Shown here piece by piece: positions 1 to 8,309 of a stretch of 64,000 nt of DNA (position 1 is the first letter of the stretch; every line of letters begins with the position of its first letter). This DNA comes from a virus (lineage: Duplodnaviria > Caudoviricetes): positions 32,001 through 96,000 of IMG/VR virus record IMGVR_UViG_3300010998_000002. One strand, given 5' to 3'. Both the position numbers and the translations under genes were made by a program. Under the pieces are notes generated by a model. That model saw only the letters and a list, made by a program, of their open reading frames with translations. It was not told where the DNA came from and did no database searches.

Positions 1-262
1 CGAAAGTTTTAATAGTTGATTTTCTATCCAATGTAAAATATAATCTCGCACCTGTTAAATCGCAAAATTTTATCATTATAGGTTTTAGTTTTTGATAAGA
101 TTCCAAACTATCAATTAACCAATATTTTAAACTTGTAGAATTTGGATTTGTAGCCAATTCATTACTACCATCTTTTGACCGGATAATTGCTTCAAATTTA
201 TAATAACTTCCGTTTTTAAATTCTAAAAGTTTTTGTTCTATTTGTGTAAAATTATTAATCAT
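1..262 (-). CDS. Hypothetical phage protein, truncated by window edge (MINNFTQIEQKLLEFKNGSYYKF...)
   Basis: ATG at 262 preceded by GAAAGAGGG RBS and a promoter at ~280-318; frame open to position 1; not in ORF track. Confidence 0.75.
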   Translation of the reverse strand, partial: MINNFTQIEQKLLEFKNGSYYKFEAIIRSKDGSNELATNPNSTSLKYWLIDSLESYQKLKPIMIKFCDLTGARLYFTLDRKSTIKTF

Positions 263-319
263 CAATGCCCTCTTTCCTATATTATAGTATCATATTTTAC
301 TACATATTGTCAAGAGTAA

Positions 320-354
320 AGGAAAAGGCGTGCCGATTACCCGATGACACGCCC
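320..354 (-). terminator. Intrinsic terminator closing the radical SAM/NSSSSS operon
   Basis: Minus-strand stem GGCGUGUC/GGCACGCC (one G-U) followed by UUUUCCUUU. Confidence 0.75.
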
Positions 355-391
355 AAATAATAAATAGGAAATTCCAAGTCTTACAACAATA

Positions 392-982
392 TTAAAAACA
401 TACACCATCAAATTTTTCTTGAAGTTCTTTATATTTTTGCCATTCAGCATCCTGCTCATATTCTTTCAATTTTGCACATACCGGACAAAAAGATTCTGGC
501 ACTCCTGTATCATAAATATATTCAGATATAATATCGCCATATTCATCATCAAAATCTTCATCAGACATATCTTTATAATCAATATCCAAATCTTCAATAT
601 TTTCATTATCGGTTATTAATTTGCGCTGATAATATTCTATTTGTTCTTGAAGATAATTAGGATTTTTTTCTACATCTTTTTGATACCAGGTCGGAATCTT
701 TTTTGTACCATTTATCATATTTTGTAAATCTAGTATATCTTGTTCGGTTTCTTCTTTTTCAGATACAAAATGCTTTCTCAAATATTGATATTGTTCTTCT
801 TTTGTAGCGCTTTGCCTAAAATCTCTTTCTGCGTGTGCTAAATGAAATTGATGCCCATGCTCGCATTGCTCCATCTCAAAATCGGACAAACTACAATCAA
901 AGCCACTTTCAATTTGACCGCAAATGTTACATAAAAAACTACTACTTGATGAATTGCTTACAAAGCCATTTCGGATTTTCAT
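392..982 (-). CDS. NSSSSS-motif protein 6 (acidic, two CxxC plus CxxxH, possible Zn binding)
   Basis: N-terminus MKIRNGFVSNSSSSSF; CNIC, CEHGH, CPVC. Confidence 0.85.
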   Translation of the reverse strand: MKIRNGFVSNSSSSSFLCNICGQIESGFDCSLSDFEMEQCEHGHQFHLAHAERDFRQSATKEEQYQYLRKHFVSEKEETEQDILDLQNMINGTKKIPTWYQKDVEKNPNYLQEQIEYYQRKLITDNENIEDLDIDYKDMSDEDFDDEYGDIISEYIYDTGVPESFCPVCAKLKEYEQDAEWQKYKELQEKFDGVCF

Positions 983-1016
983 TTTAACCTCTCTTTCCGT
1001 TTTCTGTCTATAAACA

Positions 1017-1490
1017 CTAACCCATGTGGGTATTATAATCTATTGGATTGAATTTTTTAATTATTTTCTCACCGGCATCATACGGTATATAATTATCGTA
1101 TGAATCGTATAATACTAAATCAGTATCAGCAAAATTACTAATAGTATTTCCATACCAATCTTCTATATCAAAATCAGAATTTGAATTATTACTACGTTTC
1201 ATTTCACCAACAGTAGTAATTTTAATATTTTCATCCAATTCCTTTTCGTTATATTCACAAGCAATTCTATCTAAAGATTTTTTGGCATGCTCAATCCTTT
1301 CAACAATTGGGCGTGATTTCTTGTTATATTTTGAATATCCATCAAATAAAGTATAATCAACTACCGATTTAATTTCTGATTTATACGATTGTTCTTTGGC
1401 GAATTTTAATATCTTTTCTGCATCATATTCACCGGAAATTATAAAACTACTTGAACTACTATTACTAATAAATCCGTTTCTTATTTTCAT
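1017..1490 (-). CDS. NSSSSS-motif protein 5
   Basis: N-terminus MKIRNGFISNSSSSSF. Confidence 0.85.
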   Translation of the reverse strand: MKIRNGFISNSSSSSFIISGEYDAEKILKFAKEQSYKSEIKSVVDYTLFDGYSKYNKKSRPIVERIEHAKKSLDRIACEYNEKELDENIKITTVGEMKRSNNSNSDFDIEDWYGNTISNFADTDLVLYDSYDNYIPYDAGEKIIKKFNPIDYNTHMG

Positions 1491-1501
1491 TAATACCCTT
1501 C

Positions 1502-1807
1502 TTATGAATAATATCCATCATATATTAACTCAATTTTACTACCACTCATTAATTTTGCCATATCATCAGATGACAATATTGAAGATAACTCTTTAAATAC
1601 AGTAACACAGGCATCGCCAAGTTTTTCATCTTCTAAATATTTTCTTGCCCATAAACCTACACAATAGCCTTCTTCATCACCGTTAAAAAAATCTAAATCA
1701 CTATATTTTTCCTGTAAATTATAGTAGGTATCTTCATCTGTATGAACTCCGATGATGCAAAAACTTGAACTACTAGAATTACTTACAAAGCCATTTCTCA
1801 ATTTCAT
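1502..1807 (-). CDS. NSSSSS-motif protein 4
   Basis: N-terminus MKLRNGFVSNSSSSSF. Confidence 0.85.
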   Translation of the reverse strand: MKLRNGFVSNSSSSSFCIIGVHTDEDTYYNLQEKYSDLDFFNGDEEGYCVGLWARKYLEDEKLGDACVTVFKELSSILSSDDMAKLMSGSKIELIYDGYYS

Positions 1808-2204
1808 ATTCCCAAACCCTCTTGTATTTCTTTAGTATAGCATGAACTTCTGGATTGTCAAGAGCAAATAACTCATTGTAAAGTTTTGTTTTCTCCGAAC
1901 CCAAAATTACATCCTTTAGAATATAAACGCAACCAAATCCTCTGTCGCCTTCCAATTCTACAAACGCATCTTCATCATACGGACTACCATGACTTCCTTC
2001 AACGGTATCATCTGTCAATGCTGACATTTCTTCATAGAAATCATCACCATCCGATATAAATGATGTATATAATTTTCCGTCTAGTTCATAATAATCATAA
2101 CCACCTTTGGCATCTATTAACTCTTGTGCCTTTTTGACATTATCGCCAGAAATGATAAAACTTGAACTAGAACTATTACTTACAAATCCACTTCTAACCT
2201 TCAT
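1779..2204 (-). CDS. NSSSSS-motif protein 3
   Basis: N-terminus MKVRSGFVSNSSSSSF. Confidence 0.85.
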   Translation of the reverse strand: MKVRSGFVSNSSSSSFIISGDNVKKAQELIDAKGGYDYYELDGKLYTSFISDGDDFYEEMSALTDDTVEGSHGSPYDEDAFVELEGDRGFGCVYILKDVILGSEKTKLYNELFALDNPEVHAILKKYKRVWEYEIEKWLCK

Positions 2205-2532
2205 CTACATACTCCAAGTTCATAGAATTTAAAACTTTATAATAAATATCTTCTTCACCGTATTCAACATTAGCATACATAATAGTTTTATTTTCTTTTA
2301 CAGCATCATAAATAGTAGGTTTCCAACCGCCCGCTTCATCGTATTCTGCTAAATAATCTTCCCAAGAATTATAACCATATTCTTCTACAACTATTTCTCT
2401 AGCCGGTGCAATTGTAAATAAACTTTCAAGAATTTTCTTACAATTAGGGCATTCAAGCAAATTAGCATCATCAATTTGCACTATAAAACTACTTGAACTA
2501 CTATTACTAACAAACCCATTTCTTACTTTCAT
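2194..2532 (-). CDS. NSSSSS-motif protein 2
   Basis: N-terminus MKVRNGFVSNSSSSSF; one CPNC. Confidence 0.85.
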   Translation of the reverse strand: MKVRNGFVSNSSSSSFIVQIDDANLLECPNCKKILESLFTIAPAREIVVEEYGYNSWEDYLAEYDEAGGWKPTIYDAVKENKTIMYANVEYGEEDIYYKVLNSMNLEYVDEG

Positions 2533-2540
2533 TTTATCTC

Positions 2541-2921
2541 CTAGTGATTATTATAAACCCTTACATTAACTTCGCCATCAGAATCATCTTGAATTTCATT
2601 ACAAAATTCTTCCATTTCATACTGTTGATTACAAGTCAAACTATTACAAAATCCGGCACATTCATTACCATATTCAACAATATATTGATTATAATCTAAC
2701 TCATTGATTCCATAGTGTTTTCTTTCCCAATCATCTAAATTAGGTTGACTATTTGCCTTATCACACAAATCATTATATAGTTGTTCTACGGGGTCAAATA
2801 CACCTTCGCCATTTAACAATTCTCTAAATTCTTCCAATGTATATTTAGTTATATCTTGTGGAAGCGTTATTAAAAATGAACTTGACGAACTATTTGACAC
2901 AAAACCATTACGAATTTTCAT
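2541..2921 (-). CDS. NSSSSS-motif protein 1
   Basis: N-terminus MKIRNGFVSNSSSSSF; GGAG RBS. Confidence 0.85.
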   Translation of the reverse strand: MKIRNGFVSNSSSSSFLITLPQDITKYTLEEFRELLNGEGVFDPVEQLYNDLCDKANSQPNLDDWERKHYGINELDYNQYIVEYGNECAGFCNSLTCNQQYEMEEFCNEIQDDSDGEVNVRVYNNH

Positions 2922-2929
2922 TTACTCTC

Positions 2930-4132
2930 CTAATCCAACTTATACATCGGACATTTTCTTTCATTTTTTAATAATATTTCTCTAAATTTTTGTGTTTTTT
3001 CGGACTCCCAAACATCGGTTCTAAAATCCTGTGCATCCAAAACACTTATGCCATTTTGCCACATACCTTCATTTTCACAGAATGAGCAAGCAAAAAATTC
3101 GCCTTTATGATTAATATATGAACTAAAACAACTTGATTCACATGGCTCTGCGCACATTGCTTTTTGTTCATAATCTTTATCATTAGCAATTACTCTTAAA
3201 TAAGCATGCGCCGAACAACTGTCAAAACCTATATTAACACCCTTTTCTTCTGCGTATGCAATAATATGTCGGTATTGCTCATCTGTCAAATGATTAAATT
3301 TGCCAACGCCATTACCTTTAGGTTTGTATTTTAATAATACTACTGCCTTAACCTTACCTTTAATTCTTTCATCAGTAGTCAAATCATCAATAATTGATAA
3401 TATTTTATTATAAGACTTATCGTGTGCTATTGTATGGAAATTAATTTGTCTAACTCCTGCATTATACAACAATTCTACTGCTCTATACGACTTCTCTTTA
3501 TTATAAACCGATACTGCAACAGCACCACAATATTTAGCAGATAATTCGGCATATTCTTCATTCATATCTAAACCATGACATGTATAATTAGGTATTACAT
3601 CAAATTCTCTGCAATATTCAAGCATTCCAAAGAAATCTGGATTTGTGCCTATATCACAAATTCCAAATGCTATTTGTTGTAATAAACCTTCATTATAAAC
3701 CTTCGTTTCTAAAATATCTTCCGGCTCAATATAAATTTGTTTCACTCTTGCAATAATATCGGCTTTTGTATAACAACCTCGCCAAGATAAGTTCATTTCC
3801 GCCTTTATTGGCTCTTTACCACTCTTAAAAGTTGTTACAATAACAGTTTTTGCAACCTTATGAAAAATATCCCTAAACTCATCAAATGTCATATTATGAG
3901 TTTTTTCAACAGCACCGTTACACTTGTAACATTCTGGACATTGCCCCATGCATTTACCGGCAGAAATTTCTAAATCTAAAATTTCTGGCATTGGAGCATA
4001 TAACGGATTTTCATCTTTTGTTCTGCCCCAACGAGCAAAATATCCTGTTTCTTTATTAAATAAAGAATTATAATATTGCGACCTTACCATTTTGGATTTA
4101 TCGTTTTCTATCATTAACATTCCGTTAGCCAT
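2930..4132 (-). CDS. Radical SAM protein with C-terminal Twitch/SPASM-like Cys cluster
   Basis: CMGQCPEC (CxxxCxxC); C-terminal EPCESSCFSSYINHKGEFFACSFC...CP. Confidence 0.9.
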   Translation of the reverse strand: MANGMLMIENDKSKMVRSQYYNSLFNKETGYFARWGRTKDENPLYAPMPEILDLEISAGKCMGQCPECYKCNGAVEKTHNMTFDEFRDIFHKVAKTVIVTTFKSGKEPIKAEMNLSWRGCYTKADIIARVKQIYIEPEDILETKVYNEGLLQQIAFGICDIGTNPDFFGMLEYCREFDVIPNYTCHGLDMNEEYAELSAKYCGAVAVSVYNKEKSYRAVELLYNAGVRQINFHTIAHDKSYNKILSIIDDLTTDERIKGKVKAVVLLKYKPKGNGVGKFNHLTDEQYRHIIAYAEEKGVNIGFDSCSAHAYLRVIANDKDYEQKAMCAEPCESSCFSSYINHKGEFFACSFCENEGMWQNGISVLDAQDFRTDVWESEKTQKFREILLKNERKCPMYKLD

Positions 4133-4159
4133 CTATTTCCTCTTTCTTCTTATGATAAA

Positions 4160-4193
4160 ATCATATCAAATTTTTTAATTAAAGTCAAGAGTA
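4160..4193 (-). promoter_or_regulatory. Sigma70-type promoter of the radical SAM operon (class I, TACTCTTGAC)
   Basis: TTGACT-N17-TATGAT with extended TG, 28 nt upstream of the start codon. Confidence 0.75.
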
Positions 4194-4373
4194 GATATTT
4201 TCTTTTATCATTTGAGATATAATTTCATTACAATCTAAAATTTTTTCTTCAATCAATTGATGATTATCACAATATAATGGGCATTGCATACAAAAACCAA
4301 TACAAATTTTTTCTTTAGTTTCTGTATCGTATGTTATCGGAAATTCATCGTATTTATATAACTTAATTTTCAT
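4185..4373 (-). CDS. Small Cys-containing hypothetical protein
   Basis: 62 aa ORF coupled to the MTase stop; CxxxCxxCxxxC. Confidence 0.55.
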   Translation of the reverse strand: MKIKLYKYDEFPITYDTETKEKICIGFCMQCPLYCDNHQLIEEKILDCNEIISQMIKENIYS

Positions 4374-5152
4374 TTTCTTTCAACCTTTTAACTGCTATAT
4401 CATAATATTTCTTTTCTAATTCAATGCCAATAAAACGTCTATGCACATTTTGGCATGCTAGACAGGTACTTCCTACACCCATAGTATTGTCCATCACCAA
4501 GCACCCCCCCATTTGTATAAGTTTTGACTAAATATTCTAAAAGCGCAACAGGTTTTTCGTTTGTGTGTAATTTCTTTCCAGCCGGAGTTTCCGGAAAATC
4601 TAATAAAACGTCTGTCGGATAATTTGTATATTCTCTTGTAAATTCAGCCTTATGCGATGGTCTTTCTCCTGCGATTGTACCAAATCTACCTTTGCCTGCC
4701 TTAATAGTTTTATTGCATTCAATTAAACCCTGTGGATTATAAGTCATTCGTTTATCACCTAATTGAGAAGCATGCCCCATCGGTGCTTTTGAAAATACTA
4801 AAATATATTCACATTTTGTCATTGGTCTATTTTTGGCATGAACAAAATTTGTACTATTATTTTTAACCCATACCCATTGATATTTAAACAACGGAAGATT
4901 TGAAGATAATAAGTATGGCATAAATTGTCCACTTGCAAATAATACTATACTACCGGTATCACTTATTAATTGTTCGTATTTTTTCCATAATTCTTTTGCC
5001 GGTAAAATCTTATCCCAACTTGATGCAGTAGTTCCAAATGGCAAATCACATAAAATCATATCAACCTTAACACCTTTTGCAATTAAACCGTTCATTACTT
5101 GCATACAATCTTCGTTAAAAACTATACCATCTTTAAAAACCTTACTAATCAT
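4363..5152 (-). pseudogene. N4C/N6A DNA methyltransferase (beta class), frameshifted at a G7 tract
   Basis: DMILCDLPF catalytic motif and HTNEKPVALLEYLV; the SAM-binding motif (VMDNTMGVGST...RRFIGIELEKKYYDIAVKRL) lies in another frame after C7 at 4504-4510; likely start ATG 5152 after GAGGGA. Confidence 0.85.
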
Positions 5153-5314
5153 ATCTTCCCTCAAACTTTCTTTATTGCATCCATATTATACGATTGTTTT
5201 TTAAAGAAGTCAAGACAAGTCATCATTTTGAATAAAAACTCTTAAGTTTGAGCATTGATATAAAAATACCTTCATCCGACACTTGCTATGACAGCGTTTC
5301 AGAGAAGGTAAAAT

Positions 5315-5557
5315 TTAATATTTTGATTTTAACATCCGTTCTTTAATTCTTTTTAACATATTAATAACATCTAAATTAGGTAAATCATTATACGATTCTG
5401 ATTGACCTACTTGTTTTAAAATAGAATACTCCCAATCTCGTAAATAATTGCTAAAATATTCATACTTATCATGTAAAACGATACTTGCTTGTATCTTTTT
5501 GCAAGTATTAAAATATTTCTTCTGGTCTTTTAATTCTTCTTTTGATAATTCTGTCAT
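5315..5557 (-). CDS. Hypothetical protein
   Basis: ORF in operon, ATGA overlap with upstream gene. Confidence 0.65.
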   Translation of the reverse strand: MTELSKEELKDQKKYFNTCKKIQASIVLHDKYEYFSNYLRDWEYSILKQVGQSESYNDLPNLDVINMLKRIKERMLKSKY

Positions 5558-5928
5558 AAATTTACATGTTCCTTTAGTTTATTTAAACTTTCATAATCAT
5601 TAAGTTTAACGTAATAATCAACCAAATACATAACTTGCTTAACTGTAATCTTTTCAGTTTCAAACATAGCAAAACTTGTATCATCATCAGAAGGACAATC
5701 TAATAACATCCAACCTTTTTGTTTTACTAAAAAATCACGATATAAAACATTACCAAAGCCTTCTTCTTCCCATTGTTTTTCTTCATCTAATAAATTATTT
5801 TTAACAACATATTCACCAGCAAATTTTTCATGCTTACCCCAACGACATGAATAAAATATTCCGGTAGGTGTTAAAAATCCCATCGGCAGATTTTCATCTT
5901 TAATTTTACTATGAATAACTACAAGCAT
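5554..5928 (-). CDS. Hypothetical phage protein (GFLTPTGxFYxCxWGxH motif)
   Basis: ORF in a tight operon. Confidence 0.7.
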   Translation of the reverse strand: MLVVIHSKIKDENLPMGFLTPTGIFYSCRWGKHEKFAGEYVVKNNLLDEEKQWEEEGFGNVLYRDFLVKQKGWMLLDCPSDDDTSFAMFETEKITVKQVMYLVDYYVKLNDYESLNKLKEHVNL

Positions 5929-5930
5929 TT

Positions 5931-6137
5931 TTAAAAACTTTCATAATCAGTTATATTTTGTTTTTCACAATTTTCATTATCATTCCATTCATCTTGTAAT
6001 GCAATATGTAATGTATCTCCGATACCACCGCAGTTATTAGAAAATATCACGACATTTTCGTAATTATGAGTGGCACAAAATTTAAAAATTTGTTGTATTT
6101 CGTTATGTGTTAAAATTATCCATTTTTCTTCCGACAT
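5931..6137 (-). CDS. Hypothetical protein
   Basis: ORF coupled by TAATG overlap. Confidence 0.65.
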   Translation of the reverse strand: MSEEKWIILTHNEIQQIFKFCATHNYENVVIFSNNCGGIGDTLHIALQDEWNDNENCEKQNITDYESF

Positions 6138-6355
6138 TATCTATAAACCTCTGTGCGTTTTCCGGTAGTGCTATATTTTTCTACCTTTTTGATATTTGAT
6201 TTATTATTTTGATAATAAACTTTCGTATAACCAACCTTTTGACCTTTAGAGTTATATTGATTCAACTTATAATTTTTAGTTGAAGAATATTGACCGGCAA
6301 AAGCGACATTGCCTACTAACATTAATGCTAAAATCATAATTACTACTTTTTTCAT
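6137..6355 (-). CDS. Small secreted protein
   Basis: Signal peptide MKKVVIMILALMLVGNVAFA; basic mature part. Confidence 0.7.
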   Translation of the reverse strand: MKKVVIMILALMLVGNVAFAGQYSSTKNYKLNQYNSKGQKVGYTKVYYQNNKSNIKKVEKYSTTGKRTEVYR

Positions 6356-6454
6356 AAGTAACTCACTTTCTTTTATTTGTAACCATACTTATAGTATAAC
6401 ATATAACTACAGATTTTGCAATAGTAAAATGGAATAATATTAAGTTTTATTACG

Positions 6455-6479
6455 AAAAAAGCACCTATTTCTAGGTGCT
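6455..6479 (-). terminator. Intrinsic terminator of the ncRNA/tRNA transcript
   Basis: AGCACCUAGAAAUAGGUGCU followed by a U run on the minus strand. Confidence 0.75.
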
Positions 6480-6589
6480 ACTTATATGTATATTAGAGGT
6501 AAAATTGAAGGCGACAATGAGATTGATTACCCATATAATCCGATTACCCAACAGATTGTTTTTATTTAAACTATGTCGCCCATTTTAAT

Positions 6590-6667
6590 TGGTTGCAGAG
6601 GTTAGAATTGAACTAACTACTATTCCAGGTTATGAGCCTGGCGAGCCACCGTTGCTCCATCTCTGCT
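6590..6667 (-). tRNA. tRNA-Met(CAT), initiator-like
   Basis: AGCAGAG/CTCTGCA acceptor with 1:72 mismatch, GAGC/GCTC D stem, CCAGG-CTCATAA-CCTGG anticodon arm, GTTAG-TTCAATT-CTAAC T arm, encoded ACCA. Confidence 0.9.
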
Positions 6668-7239
6668 ACGCCCTATTTTAACCTTAATAGGAAGGATGAT
6701 TTAGTAACCGATAAAATCATAAATGCCGGCATCAACAGAGGTTTATTACACTAACATGTTGATAATGCGTGGTGTTTATCTCGTCAAACCTTTTCCCACA
6801 ACACACGTCTTTTATAACCTAAATAAAAAATAAGATAGTCTAATTTTCTCGTTAATTAGCAATCACTATACACCATTACTTTCGGCATAGTAGAAATGCA
6901 CCTAATGTAATCTCGGCGACTTAATCTTGAAAGATTAGGCAGTAGTGCCGTCAGCCACCCCAGAACTCAATGCTAGGGTAAAAGGAATCAAACCTTAATA
7001 ATCTTTTAAGCGACTTGCGTACCTCATTGACTTTCACTACTAAACCAAAGGGTATTACTCGCAAAAATCATGCGCAAATCTTTTAAAATAGGTGATGCAC
7101 CGGTGAATTTCCACTAAAATTTGACGTGGTGCATAGCCATCACCTACTCCGGAAAATTTATTTTATTTTCAAAGTTCTTTGTCTTTCAACATTATTATAA
7201 TATCATGAATTATATTTAATGTCAAGAGTAGATTTTTTA

Positions 7240-7476
7240 TTAGTGTCCTTTTACTGTTTTTACTGCATTATAGACAAAATGCCACATTTTATAAATCTTA
7301 TCCGGAAAATATTTATTATTACATCTAAAGCATAAACATTCTTGTTCTGTAATGTTAGGGTTATCTGTAATCCATGTATCACCACAATAAGGACATATTA
7401 TCACATTTACTGTATCATTCATGTTTTTCAAAACTCCAATAGCCATACGGAAAATAACAAAATCCACTAGGCACAT
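7240..7476 (-). CDS. Small Zn-ribbon-like protein (true start probably later, MNDTV)
   Basis: CPYC...CFRC. Confidence 0.5.
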   Translation of the reverse strand: MCLVDFVIFRMAIGVLKNMNDTVNVIICPYCGDTWITDNPNITEQECLCFRCNNKYFPDKIYKMWHFVYNAVKTVKGH

Positions 7477-7846
7477 TTGGACTATAATATGATAATAATT
7501 TTTCTAATGTATCAGTTTTATGCTTTTTCTTTTCTTCCCAAATTAAACATTCAAGTTCATAAATAGCCGAAAAGATTGCCATTTCATCACAAATACTCTG
7601 TAGAATTGTTATCTTACCTTTTTGATTACATACTATCATAAACAAAATAGAATCATCATAATCATGATAGCCAATAACAACATCTTTATCAAGCATTGAT
7701 GCAATGACATTTCTATCACCCATCTTTGTTTTAAATGTTTTATATTTATAAGCCATACCATTAAATTCTCTTGTATAAGAACAATTTTTATCGGTAATAT
7801 AATCATGTAATCTTTTTAGTCTTTTGTATGTATTTTTATTACACAT
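7415..7846 (-). CDS. Hypothetical protein
   Basis: ORF overlapping nrdG stop. Confidence 0.65.
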   Translation of the reverse strand: MCNKNTYKRLKRLHDYITDKNCSYTREFNGMAYKYKTFKTKMGDRNVIASMLDKDVVIGYHDYDDSILFMIVCNQKGKITILQSICDEMAIFSAIYELECLIWEEKKKHKTDTLEKLLSYYSPNVPSGFCYFPYGYWSFEKHE

Positions 7847-8309
7847 AATCCTTTCCTTTCTGATATATTTTTTGATTTGAAGTTGCTAATCGCACGCCTT
7901 CTTGTATATTTTTTGTAGTATATAAATCCGGTATATATGCACCACATTTTATATAATCACAGTATTCTTTAAATGCTGGTTGAATTTTTGCCAAATCTTC
8001 TCTGGCAAACAACCATATTTTTTTATTATAAAACGACAAATAACTTAATATTTCTTTAACGGCATTTTCGTCTTGATGATTAAAACTTCCACCTAAAAGA
8101 AATATATTATCTATCAAAGAATCAAATCTTCCAAAATAGCCTTCAATAGTATCTCTCCATGAATGCCACTCTTGACCGTTATGAAAATCTAATAGTTCCG
8201 GATTGCAACAATCTTTACAATGTGGCTTGTTGCATCCGGCAACAAATAAATCTAAAGATTTAGTTGCCGGACTATATTCAATATAATTTATATTTAACAA
8301 CTTACCCAT
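7839..8309 (-). CDS. nrdG: Anaerobic ribonucleotide reductase activase
   Basis: GCNKPHCKDCCNPE, DYIKCGAY, ATSNQKI; adjacent to nrdD. Confidence 0.9.
   Translation of the reverse strand: MGKLLNINYIEYSPATKSLDLFVAGCNKPHCKDCCNPELLDFHNGQEWHSWRDTIEGYFGRFDSLIDNIFLLGGSFNHQDENAVKEILSYLSFYNKKIWLFAREDLAKIQPAFKEYCDYIKCGAYIPDLYTTKNIQEGVRLATSNQKIYQKGKDYV

Larger units (their letters stand above)
6455..7190 (-). ncRNA. Putative ~730 nt non-coding transcript (multiple hairpins plus tRNA-Met)
   Basis: No ORF of 60 aa or more; promoter at 7197-7230, terminator at 6455-6479; many stems; raised GC. Confidence 0.6.

Noticed and set aside
392-2921. NSSSSS array as a CRISPR-like or DNA-repeat cassette system
   Set aside because: The repeats are synonymous-codon diverged and in frame at gene starts; conservation is at protein level and no recombinase is adjacent.
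6972-7063. Second tRNA
   Set aside because: Only a T-arm-like hairpin and a weak acceptor; no convincing D or anticodon arm and no CCA. Kept only as part of the ncRNA finding.
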